From Mytilus edulis (lineage: Eukaryota), in contig NC_092349.1 in the NCBI RefSeq assembly GCF_963676685.1, forward strand, positions 31,434,001-31,498,000: 64,000 nucleotides of DNA, written 5' to 3'. Made by a program: the position numbers and the translations under genes. The notes under the pieces are model-generated. The model ran no database searches, was not told where the DNA came from, and was given only the letters and a program-made list of their open reading frames with translations. Shown here in pieces: positions 1 to 13,000 of this stretch (positions are counted from its first letter, which is position 1; the number at the start of each line of letters is the position of its first letter).

Positions 1-1217
1 CTTGTAGGACCGAAATATTTAATATACCTCTTAGAGGAGTTATTAGCTTTGAGCGATGATGAAACATGGATATATAGTTGCATTTTTATACAGAAACAAT
101 AATAAAAGAAATTGATCTGTCAAATATACAGCAAACCAAGTTTTCGTTTTCTTTTTAAGGTAACTTAACATGGCAGACATTGGGAATGACATTGATGTAT
201 ATTTACTTATAGTGATATCAGGCTTGTTTGACCTAGCATTTTCTGTGCATTTTTTAATCTTTCAAGGATTACATGTCTTGACCAGTACAAGTGAAAAAAG
301 ATAATACAAACTTGACATCATTTTGTCGTCATGCAGTAACAACATATCATAATCGAAGAAGCATTGGGCATGTTGGGAGAACTAGTTGAGAAGTTTTTCC
401 ACAGAAAAGGTACAAATAGTCATTTTCCAATCCATCAACATGATCAAGAAACAAAAACACTGAAGGACAACATACTGGTAGGTGAGAACGGCCCAAAATA
501 GAACTCTACCAACATTTTGTTATCAACATATTAGTTAGTTAACCGTTGAATGTTTCATAAGTTGTTGCACCAAAACAATGTAAATTAAGTGCCATTTTCC
601 AATCCACACAAGACCACTGTAACTCGTCTTAACTGTAAATTTCAATAAATGAAAAATATTTCTACTGACACATATCATGCATGTAAATGTAAAGAAAATT
701 CTGCTCTTTTTTTCAATTTACAAAAGGACATTACTCAAGAACAGCGAAAGTGATGCCAATCAAATTCTAGCTTGATCTGTGTTTGGTGTCCCTTTGGTGG
801 TAATAAGCATTGTGTATATGTTTCATAACATTTGGTTTAAAGTTAGAGTACAGTATGTCAATTCTTTTCCCATTTATAATAAGACAGAACTTGAGAATAG
901 TGAAAGTGACACCACTTAAATTTAAAGACAATCTGAGTAAAATGGTAAAAACATCGTGTATAAGTTTCAAATCATCTGATTGAGGCAAAATTAAGTTAGA
1001 TTACAGAAACTGCAAATTTGCCAGTCTTTCAATTTCTAAAGGGATATAACCCAAGAACAGTCAAAGAGATGCCACCACAATTCAAACTTGATCTATTTTG
1101 CAGAAATTAACTTTGGGATGTACAGACATACAGACGGACAAGGGCTTGAACTCCCCAGACAACTCATTCCGGAATAAGACTTTCGATGACGAGTCCAATA
1201 GTATAATCGCTAATAAA

Positions 1218-1225
1218 CCGGAAGT
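1218..1225 (+). promoter_or_regulatory. ETS-type motif CCGGAAGT in a locally CpG-richer stretch; candidate TYW1 promoter region
   Basis: Motif seen in sequence, and TYW1 needs an upstream non-coding exon. No direct evidence for a transcription start. Confidence 0.2.
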
Positions 1226-1464
1226 TGCACAAACGTGTTTTTCGTTTTCGAAGAAAACGAAAATACGAACAATAAAATATACATAGTTTTCTGAACATGA
1301 TGCATGTCTAATGTCAGGAATCTAATTAGAAGTAAAATGTCTTAATCTACATAAAATATCAGGAATTGAATCAGATGGTCATTGAGCTTAGACTCGAATA
1401 TCTCTAAACCACCTCAGTCACGTAAGCAACTTGGATGTGATTATTGATTGTTACAGACATTCGG

Positions 1465-1887
1465 GAGAAATATAGATTCCTACACTGCAACAAGTGTATT
1501 ACGATATTTCTCCACTCGAGACAGCTAAATTTTATTATTTAAAGTGCGAGGCTTGCCGAGCTCTTTAAATAACTAAAATTTAACTGTCGAGGGTGGAGAA
1601 ATATCGTAATACACGAGTTATAGTGTAGGAATCTGTTTCTCTAATGATTTTTATCCTTCTTTTTCAAAGATTTTCAGAAACTTGTGTTCTTTATATGCGA
1701 CGTCATCAGGCATGGTCGCCTTTTTTCATGACGTCACAATAGGAAAATTCAGAAGAAAACAAAACATTTAGACGTCATAATCAAATTTCGACTAATCATT
1801 TGCCGAGAACAGATTTTTCACTAGTGAGGAGAAATATTTTTCTCACACCAGTCAGGAAATGTGAAAATAGCACAAAAATTAGAGAAT
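1465..1887. mobile_element. Non-autonomous element: long terminal palindrome plus a second inverted-repeat pair
   Basis: 1465-1641 is an imperfect hairpin with ~85-bp arms centred on gaggcttgccgag. ttctctaat (~1637) pairs with attagagaa (~1878-1886). Confidence 0.6.
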
Positions 1888-2061
1888 ATCATATTCATCT
1901 TACCTATAAGAAGTACTCAGAACTATTTTGATATCCAATCAATTTTACATATATTTTGAATGAACTGAAACATTGACCTCAAGGTAAAACTTTAACTCTA
2001 ACTACAAATGTATGTCAGTCTTGCCCTTGGATATATTACATGTATTAACTCTATATACATG

Positions 2062-2510
2062 TACAGTGGAGTCCCCGATGTCCGTGCGGCCTGTGATATC
2101 GCGCATTACCTGATTTCGTCATATCAACACAGTAACACAAATAAAATCGATCTTATAATTGTTTTAGCCTTCCAAAGGGATGAAAAAGAATAAAATTGAT
2201 AAGTTCAAGAGTTAATTTATTACTGCAATCCAGTGATTTACCATATTTGGCCAATTTACATTAAAAAAAATTACATCATCAGAAAAAATTTGTTTTATTT
2301 AAGTCAAATTTGTATCAGATTGAAATAATTTTTGCTCTGCATCCTTGGCAGTGTGCTTGGTTCAAACTCATCTATATTTCGTAGAATATTTTATGAAATA
2401 AAAGTATGTTATGAATGTGTTCACACAATCTTATCCAATTATTGGTTTTATCAGTTGAATGAAGTGAAGTCATAAGTCTTAGGTGTGCGGATACACCGGA
2501 CTGCACCGTA
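2062..2510. mobile_element. MITE
   Basis: Terminal inverted repeats tacagtggagtcc / ggactgcaccgta, with catg on both flanks. Confidence 0.55.
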
Positions 2511-2579
2511 CATGTGAAATAAATGTATAGATTTACAGAAAATAACTTACAGGTGTTATTACAGATACTTTCATGAGTT

Positions 2580-3439
2580 GTCTACTCTTTATTCCTTAAA
2601 TTTTCTATATACTGACATTGAAGTTGGAAACAACCCAAAATTTGATTTATTAAAATCTGCATTCATTGAAGATAAAAAATTGTATACACAGAAGAGCTTT
2701 TGCTGGGTACAATCATTACATAAACTAAAAAAGTTAATCAACTTTGATTCACTTCAAATATCACATAATGTGTTTGAGGATTCACTAAAAAAACTTTTAT
2801 CAATGCAAAATTTTAGGTCAACTTGAGCATATCAAATCTAATAACACAGGAAAACTAAGATTTTATAGTAAAATGTGCTCATCATTTGAATTAAAAACTT
2901 ACTTAAGATTCGATATTAAGAAATATGACAGATCACTGCTTACAAAAATTAGAATAAGTGCACATTCACTTGCAATTGAAACTGGGAGGTATAGCAAACC
3001 AAAAATTTTAGCAAGCGAAAGATACTGCAAACTTTGTAAAGATAAAGTGGAAGATGAAGTTCATTTTCTTTTATATTGTCCTCTATATAAAGACCTTCGA
3101 GAGAAGTGTGATATTTTCAAAAACCTTAATAATGATGATGATATTAAATCAACGATTTATTTACTTAACCCAGTAAATCTGGTTGATACCAGACAAATAT
3201 GTAATTATTTAAGTCAAGCTTTTGAACTTCGTAATAAAAATCTAATGTCAGTTGGTCTACCATAAGTATAATACTCTGTAATACATGTACTGTGATATTA
3301 TATATATAATTAGTACTTGAAATGTTTTCTTTATGTTGTATTTGCATAAATTGTCATGTTTAATGTGTTTGTATCTTGGAATACGCATTGTATCATATGT
3401 GCTTTGTCCAATAAAATATTTGATTTGATTTGATTTGAT
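2580..3439 (+). mobile_element. 5'-truncated LINE (3' end of ORF2, tentatively RTE-X-like) with (TTTGA)4 tail
   Basis: ORF 2873-3265 encodes RISAHSLAIETGRY...CKLC...EDEVHFLLYC, a C-terminal Cys/His motif of non-LTR ORF2. AATAAA is followed by the microsatellite tail at 3419-3438. Confidence 0.8.
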
Positions 3440-3917
3440 ATCTGTAGTAACAGATTTCGGTTATTTGTTAAATTAATCATTAATATTTTTATTCTTAGTG
3501 GGAACTTAGGTTATTTGTGCCGAGCAGAAACTACATGAAAATACATAACCTTGACAACTAATTTTAGATTTAATTAATACATTTTTCATCAACCATGGTT
3601 TATCAATGAGACAAGGCTTTTTAAAACATATTGAGGGATAAACCTACATATGTAGCTGTAATAACATGGCACATGGTCTTTATTTGTATAATCTTTACAA
3701 ATTCTGACAATCTTGGCATAATAGCTTGAAAAAGCTCTGTGAACCATACTTTTTATATTGTTTTTGAAAATACCACGGCATAAGCTAGATTTTAGCATTT
3801 AAGATAGTATTATTCTATTGCTATTTGATTTAAATGTAAGTGTCACATCTCACATGTCGCAAATGAAAAGTTATAACACATTTTCATAGTAATTTTTTTT
3901 CTTTCAGAAAACTCATC

Positions 3918-4046
3918 ATGCTTGAAAAATTACTTAGTTCTTATATCTTTGAGAGCTTTCAGATTCCTGTATGGACCTTACTGCTAGCAACCATTTGTTT
4001 GATCTGGATGTGGAATTCTGGAAGAAAAAATGAAAACAGTTCAGAG
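3918..4046 (+). CDS. TYW1: TYW1 coding exon 1 (MLEKLL...NSSE, hydrophobic anchor)
   Basis: Acceptor tttctttcag ends at 3907, ATG at 3918, donor GT at 4047. Phase 0 matches the next exon. The acceptor implies an upstream non-coding exon. Confidence 0.75.
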
Positions 4047-7000
4047 GTTTGTGTTATTGTTCTATACCTGATGCTGAATGTATGATTTGAGAAATTTCTA
4101 AAGGAGCATTTGGCTCCAATCTAAATAAAAAAAAGAAGAATTTTTTCATGTTTCAAACATGCATGACATGAATAAAGGTGAAATATTTAATAAATGATTC
4201 TCCATTCAGCTACATGTACAAGCCTTACTGATGTAAAATGTATTATGTTTTATTCTAGAAGCATAGAGCCTATATCTACGGAGACTCAGAGAAAAATAAG
4301 AACACTATATTTGTATATACCATGAAATGCCTTTTTATGTCTTTTAACATGTTTATTACAGTTTATACCACCTCTCTAAAGCTATTCTGTCTCACTAATT
4401 AACTGTTTGTAAAATATGTTCAGGTGTTTCCAACTGTTTTTGTTGTCCATTTAGAAAGCTTATCTCTGGTAGCAGATAAATTTTAGACACTAGTGTTGTG
4501 ACTACATGTATATAAACAGATTGTCACTATCAATCCATCATTCTGCTTCTGAAGAAGGTCCAAGAAAGACTAAAACATATCAGGCTAGGAATCATCACCA
4601 GGCGCTGTTAATTATGCATTTTCAGTAATACCTTACCTACATGTACAAAAATTGTATACCTTTTATTATGTAAATGATTGTTTTTTGATATTTCAGAAAG
4701 TTAAAGATCAGAAAATTACAGAATTACCAATAACAAATGAGAAAGTGGTAGAACTTAACTCTATCAGCAGACAGAAGATAACAAAAAAAAGGAAAATAAA
4801 AATATTCTATGGAACACAAACTGGAAATGCAAAGGTTTGGATTATTTGATAGGTTTTCCAAAATTAAATAAATTTGTGGCTAATACATTGTAATATGAGG
4901 GGCAGGTTAAGTTATGCAAGACCCTTAATGTTACTTCATTTCAATTTTGAAAACAATAATCTTGAGCATTTGAGCCTGTGATTTGTGTACAGTAAAATAA
5001 GAAATTTCACAAACTGTGAACAACAATTATTGTACGTTATATTCTATCTATGTTAGAATGTATGTATTTCTAAATATTAATCAGTGTAACTGTTCTGGAC
5101 CATATGAGTATTTTGACCATACACCTATGGTCATGACTATATATGGGTATATACTCATATGGTCCGACCATATGTTTATGGTCGGGGTAATTAACACTCT
5201 GTTACAGTTTACTTTTAATGCCTGCAACTTTTAATACTTCTAAACACTTCATATGGTATGACCATTCATTAAAAAGATGCTATCCTATAGGTAATTTTAT
5301 TATTATATTATAATAAAAAGATTAGCTAAAATAAAAATTAGAAGTTTCACATAGTTAATTTTGCTTAGGGCTATTCCAGAAAAAAATGTATGGGGGTGTT
5401 GAAAGGCACATTGTATTAATAATACATGGGTGATGGGTATCAGAGCAACTTTTCACAGTATAATGCACTATAATTCTAAATTACAATTGTCTGGGTGGCG
5501 GGTTCTGACAAAAACTGCCTTCCAAACCCCCCATACAATTTTTTCTGGAATAGCCCTTACTTAATGTCAAAACTATAATAAGCACATTTTATGCCGATGG
5601 TCATTACCGATTTGTTATTACGAGTGAATGCCAATATGTCGACTTAAAAAGGCTAGCTTTTCACTCGCAAACAAAAGATGGAAATGAAAAGGATTGTGCA
5701 CACCAAGACTTGTAAATGCAATAAAGCTATGATACCATGTGGAAGTAAATGTCACACTAAGCCTAAATGCAAGAATGTAAATAGCAATGAAAACTAACTA
5801 TGGCATCATTTTTTTTATTTTTACATAGTGTTTGAATTATAAAAATAATACATTGTCATGTAACAAAGTTTTTGTATTATTGAAACTTTTATAATGTAAT
5901 TTCAAAAGATATACCTATATGGTGAGTATGATCCGGCCCGTTAATAACCAATCAAGTACAGTCGAACCTTGTTGTGTCAAAGTCGAAGGGACCGGACCAA
6001 AGTATTCGACTCATCCGAGGTTGGACTCATCCGAGGTCGAGTGTGTTGTCAGAAATTTTGAATGCATGAAATACGGTATGAGATTTGTGTAAACTAGATA
6101 CAATGAACAGTGTGCCTTTTTTATTCTCAATAAGACACTGTATGATTGTGTATTCAATCTACATTTTTGGTCCTTCCTAATAATTAAAAACACAAGTACA
6201 GGTACAAATCATGCACAAATAAAATCAATAGTCTACACAAATATTTACAAAGGTCAGCCGCTATAAATTATGAAATCACTCGCGGCACGAAATAAGTTCT
6301 GAACGGTCTCTGATGAGTTCGTCTGCTCAACATTAAATTATCATGAATTTATTATAATTGTCCTAATCCTTTTATCTATGGTAATTAATGAGTTTAAAAT
6401 CTAATGGTTTATTTTATCTCGGCTTGGGTCAATTAAATTCGTTTCGTTTTATCTCAGGTGAAAAATGTTCAACATACTAACATCCCGCTTGAACGATCAA
6501 CAAAGGTGTTAATTAGCGGTCACCATAAACATGTCATTTTAACTGTTATACAAACAAGTATGTTTACTCAGCTTTAATCTCTTTTAGAAATGATTAGTTG
6601 ACATAAAAAATACATCCAATTTGAATTTTATGATTAGGTTTGCATCTTTCGAAAATTTTTACTTTCAAAGTTCGAGACATCGGGGTCAATTTACATTATT
6701 TTACTTCGACGGGACTATAAAATTTACTTGACTTAACGGAGTATTCGAATCAACTGAGTTCGACTCATCAGAGGTAATTATGAATTGATCAAATGGGAAT
6801 TTACCGGGACCGAGAAATTTCTTCGACTTATCCAAGTTTTCGACACAACCGAGTTCGACACAACAAGGTTCGACTGTATTATACTCATATGGTCTGAACA
6901 TACACATACGGTTGGACCATATGAGTATAGGCATATGGTCATGATCATACGAGTATGGTCCAAATACTCATATGGTTTGGAACGTAAACAATAATCAATA

Positions 7001-10000
7001 CTGATGGTACAGAACAAATAATAAAAGATTCCTGTTTGTGCTAAAATTTTGAAGAAAAAAAGAAGTTTTGAGTGTGTGTTGAATCACAATGTAAGTAAAA
7101 CTGTGGGTTCATTATTATTCAAGTTGTGCCAATTCTCAAGCCAAACATTACAAATCCTTATAATTCCTCAATCCACAAAAATGAAAAAGGTTGCCCATGA
7201 AAATGAAATAGGTTGCCCATGAATATGAAATAGGTTGCCCATGAAAATGAAATAGGTTGCCCATGAAAATGAAAGAGGTTGCCCATGAAAATGAAAGAGG
7301 TTGCCCATGAAAATGAATTAGGTTGCCCATGAAAATGAAATAGGTTGCCCATGAAAATGAAATAGGTTGCCCATGAATATGAAATAGGTTGCCCATGAAA
7401 ATGAAATAGGTTGCCCATGAAAATGAATTAGGTTGCCCATGAAAATGAAATAGGTTGCCCATGAATATGAAATAGGTTGCCCATGAAAATGAAATAGGTT
7501 GCCCATGAAAATGAATTAGGTTGCCCATGAAAATGAAATAGGTTGCCCATGAAAATGAAAGAATCCACATTATATGAATTATCCTGATTTATTGATTTTT
7601 ACATTCATATGCAATGTTTTTTTCTCAGATCCTTGCAGATAATCTTTGTCGTGAAGCTACAGAACGAGGTCATGAGGCAGAGGTGATAGACTTAAAGACG
7701 TATGATCCAGAGGATAATCTGGTTACAGAGGTATGTGATAGAAAATAAACATCATTATTTGTTAGTTTGATGTTGGTGATGATAATTGGCTGCTTAACAT
7801 TCAAAGGCAAATTAATTAGCATACTCAGGACAAGAACATGTTAATTTAAGTCTAAAGTATGCTCCAGCTTGGGTTTGAACCCACAACCTCTCTTACTCAA
7901 GTTGAACATTATATATAATTAGATATCAAAACAATTGATACCCAAAGAAACTTATTGGTAACCGTAGGCTGCCTTGTGTGATATACACACAGCAATTGTG
8001 ATTGTTCATGAGACTTTAGATTTCAGTGTTCTCAACTGTACCCATCTGGATGATTTACATTTTAAAACTGATCTATCACAGAAAAACAGCTTATATATTA
8101 TATAAAAGTCATATCTGATAGAAATATGTGACTAGATATAGAAAATTGTGGTATGAGTGCCAATTAGACAACTCTCCATCCAATTCACAATTTATAAAAG
8201 TAAACCTTTACAGGTATGCTCCTCAATATTAATAGTCAATATTACATGTTTTACATTACAGGGTGAAAATGGTGTGTGGGTTGTCTTATTCATCTCCACT
8301 TACACCGATGGCACACCACCAGAGGGCTCTGAATGGTTTTGTAAATGGTTAGAGGAAAGCTCAACTGATTTCAGAATCCCCAAGGCACTGCTGAAAGAGC
8401 TTCATTATGCTGTCTTTGGACTAGGGAACTCATTGTACACAGAAAATTACAATGCAGTAAGCTTATTACCCATCTTGACAATGCTTGAGGGCCTTTAATA
8501 TCGAACATACTCCTTTGTTATAGATTTTTGTATCATAAATTTTTTTATGCTGAAATATTATTCTATTGATAATATTCATTTAAAATTTTTTATAGAAAAT
8601 TAAGACTGAATTGATTTCGCCAATGAGTCCTGGTTTACTGGGATTCACGCTTCAGGCAGCTGACAATGCATACCTGCCAACTTTCACGATTTAGGCGTGT
8701 ACTACACGATTTTGACCCTCTGTCCCGATTACACGATCGTGATCGTTTTACACGAAAAATATTTTTGTTCCCGATTTTGAACTTTTGAAAGTTTTCCCAA
8801 GGGAGACAAATCGTGTCTGACAAATTTCATCCAATCAAAATTTAGTGATCACGCATTCACCAGTTGATTAATGTCGGCATAGTAAACAATCAAAGAATCG
8901 AAATTTTGAGTTGTTTTTTTTTTAGCTTGGGTGTTAAATTTATAAAAATTGGAATCATGATGGGCGAGTTATCACTTGCAAAATAGTTCTGTCACCGCCT
9001 AAGAAAAAAAAGCGTGCTGCTTCGTGCAAATACTTAGAGAAATGGGAGAATGATGTCAAGTACAGGGGCTGGTTGTCTAAATCAACGTTAGGATTGTCAC
9101 ATGCCTTTTGTAAAGTTTGCAACAGAGACTTTAAAGTTGACCACGGTGGCCTTAATGATGTCTCCAAACATTCTAGTACTGCTTGTGATATTGATCTATA
9201 TAATATATGAGGGTTTGGATGGGGTTAAATGATTAAAGAATATAATGCCCTTAAAAAATGAAAAGGGAATAACGGGCAAAAAAAATGAAAATTGGAGAAA
9301 TGCGTGGTCAAATTTTTTGAAGATTAGAAAAAAAAGAGGTTAATTTTTTGAAGATTTGAGAAAAAAGGGGTGAAAATTAAATGTTTACAGAACAACAGAC
9401 CCCCCCCATTTCCAGACCCTCATATATTGTTGGTTTTTTTGTTATTAAATTATTAAAATTATTACTTTTTTTTTATTTCTTGACAATGTATCAGACAAAC
9501 ATAAAGTCATCTTACTGGTGTTTATCTCAACAAAAAGAATACAACAATCAAACAATTTAAAAAAAGATAGGTTTATAATAGCATCTTCAACTATCACCCC
9601 CAAAAAAGAAGTATGTCAGACACTTTTAGGAGCCAAATCATCACACGGAAAAATGCCGCGAAAATTTCTACCCTCAAAAATGGTGCCGCGCACAAAAACC
9701 CCCATGGCCATTTTCAAAAGTTGGCAGGTATGACAATGAGTCCCGTTTTACCTGGATCGGAATACCTCTTTTATATTTCCCGCTCAAAACAGTGCAAACA
9801 TGAGTTATCTTTCTTTGTTGAATACCCGGATGAAAGTGTAAACATGGCCCTTCTGTTTGTTGAAAACCGTGTCAAAATTAGAGGAAATTTACCGAATTTA
9901 CAAGAATTTGAATTGAAGGAACATTTTTTTTCTAAGAATATGGAAGAATTGAAGCTAAACTAGTAAACCCTTTTTACATAAAATGACGTTTTATGTACAA

Positions 10001-13000
10001 AACACTTGGCATGGATATCGTTAGGAATTTGTACAGCCTCATTAAAAAATTTAAAATTTTACCCTTTTGGGTTAAAAAATTACAATTTTGGGTCAAAGAG
10101 CAGAATTTTGAGAATTTCACCCAGATAATGCCGAAAATTTGAATATTTTATTAAGAAAAAATTATCAAAACATGAACAAAACTGTGAACATGGTGTAAGT
10201 GAATGAAATAGAGACACAAATAACTACAGACAATTTTTTATTGACAGTTATTGTGAAGATCTCGCACTTGAGTAATAGTAGTCAGGGAAGCCATCGTCTC
10301 AGAGTAGATTCTGTCTGGGCAGCTATCGGTGAACGGGTTAAGCAATAGATGTCATTTGCTTTATTAAATAATGTCACGGTCAATTAGATATTTTTTTTCA
10401 ATCAATATGAACATAGTGGGCACGCTACATAACACTTTGTTTCAGTTACTCAAAACCTTTTTTCTTGATTAATCATCATCATAAAAATTTCTGAGCCAAT
10501 GATGTAAAAGGTTTCTTGTATGTTAAAGAGTTATGTTTAAAATGTGTTGTTGGTTTTTTTTTAATTTAATGGATCTTTAATGCAGGGAGAAACTCCTACA
10601 CCCAAAGGATTGCTTTTGCTGGCCCCTTAACACAATAACCATGATAACAAAAATGTAAACTATTTCAACTTGTCACTTGTTCAGGTGGAACTTTTAAACC
10701 AGAGGAAGAACAAAGTAACTACAATGTATTTAATAAGTTCTGGAGAACTTTTCGACTAGTTAGTTCTTTCCGCCTGGAACTTTCCAACGTCGGAACAAAA
10801 GAGCATTTACAATAACTTGGACATCATACTAAAATCAGAAGTATACACAAGAAATTAATAAAATTTAAAAAAATGTACAAAACAATTATGAAAAATAAAT
10901 ATGATAAACAGCAACAATCACCGCATTAGTGGGTCCTCACTATGGACAGGTACATACAGAATGTGGCGGCTTAAACATCTTAACTGGCACAAAACTCCCC
11001 CCCTAACATAGGACAGTGTATATGTATAATCTCAGACATTGAATCTTTATCAATATAAATTGGATATAACTTTTGAAAGTGGTAGGATTGCATAACATAA
11101 ACATTACTGTACAAGCATTATTTGATACTTTAGAAATAGCTGAGAACAATGCCCGAGATAAATATTTTGACTAATTCTTTACACTATTCATCTGAAGGTG
11201 GCCAAGTTTTCCTTTGTGTTTTTGATTAACTGCCTATAGCACCCTTTGGTGCTTTGATTTTAATTTACAAACATTAACATAATGATATCTATTTTCTATA
11301 ATAAATATATAATAATGTTGTAGGATTATCAAAAGATGCAAACCATGCCCCTAGTATTATCTAATTTTGTAACAGCCCTTGAATAAATTCTTAAAGCGAA
11401 TTCATAAACTGATTTTTGCTGTGAAATATTAGTAACAAGTTCAAATTTTATTTATGACTTTTTTACAGGTTGGAAAGAAGGTTGATCGCTTTTTCAGAGA
11501 ATTATCAGCAAAACCAATTCTTCCTGTTGGTTTAGGTGATGAAAATGTAGCAGAAAGTTTGAAGGGAGGTAAGCAGGAAAATGTTTACAATTATGTAATA
11601 CACTGCTTTTAGTTTACTTCCGATTTATCCTTTCGACACAGAAATGCAAACTGAATTAGAATCTCATTTATTGATAGATGAATAGGGGGAGGTGGTGTGA
11701 TTGCACGGAAACAAATATCCACCACTTTCCTTTAGATATGATGAACTCCAACAAATACCAGAGGCAAGAAGTTGAATATGAATTGTTAATAGTACAACCT
11801 ACAACATACTGTATAGAATACCAGAATGAGAAAATGTGAAAAAAGTCAAAAAATCAAAACCTGTAGACTGATTTATACTCATACAATAAATGAAAAACAG
11901 TTATGACAGATAGCAATCAATAACAACCACTGGGTTACAGGCACCAAATTAAGAAAACATTTCTGAATATAATTTATATAGATATAGGAAGATGTGGTGT
12001 GAGTGCCAATGAGACAACTCTCCATCCAAATGACAATTTAAAAAAAAGTAAACCATTATAAGTCAATGTACTGCCTTCAACACGGAGCCTTGGCTCACAC
12101 CGAACAACAAGCTATAAAGGGCCCCAAAACTGCTAGTGTAAAACCATTCAAACGAAAAAACCAACAGTCAAATCTATATAAAATAAAAAAAAGAGAAACG
12201 AGAAACACGTATAAATTACATAAACAAACGACAACTACTGTACATCAGATTCCTGACTTAGGACAGGTGCAAACATTTGCAGCTGGATTAAACGTTTTAA
12301 TGGATCCAAACCTTCTCCCTTTTCTGAAACAATAGCATAACATCACAACATAGAAAAACACACGATAAAATATCAATTGGCAGGCTTAACTCGATCAAAA
12401 AAGGTACATTGATTCACTGTCAATATGTAATGTCAATACAATATTAATTGCAATCAAATCAACAAAATGAATGAATCTCCAAATTGAAAAAAAAGTTATC
12501 ACTTTTAATGCCATATTTATTTCAGGAATGGAGAAGGATTTCACGGCATGGAAGAAAGAGTTTTGGAAGAAATCAAAGAAAGTAAAAGATGATGATACAG
12601 CTGTGACAGATACCTGTGGGACAGGCAAGAAAACATGTGATGGGAAGTGTAAATGTAAAGAAGATGGGGGAAAGTGTAGTAGTGAGGAGGAGGAAGAGGA
12701 AGAAGGGGAGGTAATTCATATAATTATAATTGATCACGATATTGATAAAACTTCCCAAACTAATGTTAGTTATTGCTAATAGTCTATTACATGGAAGTCT
12801 CAATGAAATTGTCAAGCTTAAGATTTTTCTTTTGAGTACAATTTTCTTTGTGTCTATATGAAGTAGAAAAAAACAACAAAAACTTAAAAACAAAAACAAA
12901 CTACAAAGCAAAAACAACATCAATATACAAATTTCAGTAGATGCTTCAAGAATTCCTTATCCTCATCTCTATTGACTGTTTTAAAAAGGAAAAAGCTTAT

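Larger units (their letters stand above)
5091..6984 (+). mobile_element. Ginger2-like non-autonomous DNA transposon containing two nested MITEs
   Basis: ~95-bp repetitive TIRs (tgttctggaccatatgagta / tactcatatggtttggaacg) with near 4-bp TSD taac/taaa. A decayed Cys-rich tail (C.TKTCKCNKAMIPCGSKCH...CKN) lies at ~5675-5797. Confidence 0.55.

Noticed and set aside
170-304. Short hydrophobic ORF MADIGNDIDVYLLIV...
   Set aside because: Only 44 codons, with no recognisable family and no link to the TYW1 frame.
7148-7570. Three repetitive minus-strand ORFs and a possible CRISPR-like array
   Set aside because: Pure 22-bp tandem repeat with no unique spacers. The ORFs arise because the unit has no stop codons on that strand.
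8600-10341. piggyBac-like element ending gggttaa around the hAT insertion
   Set aside because: No matching left terminal repeat could be found.
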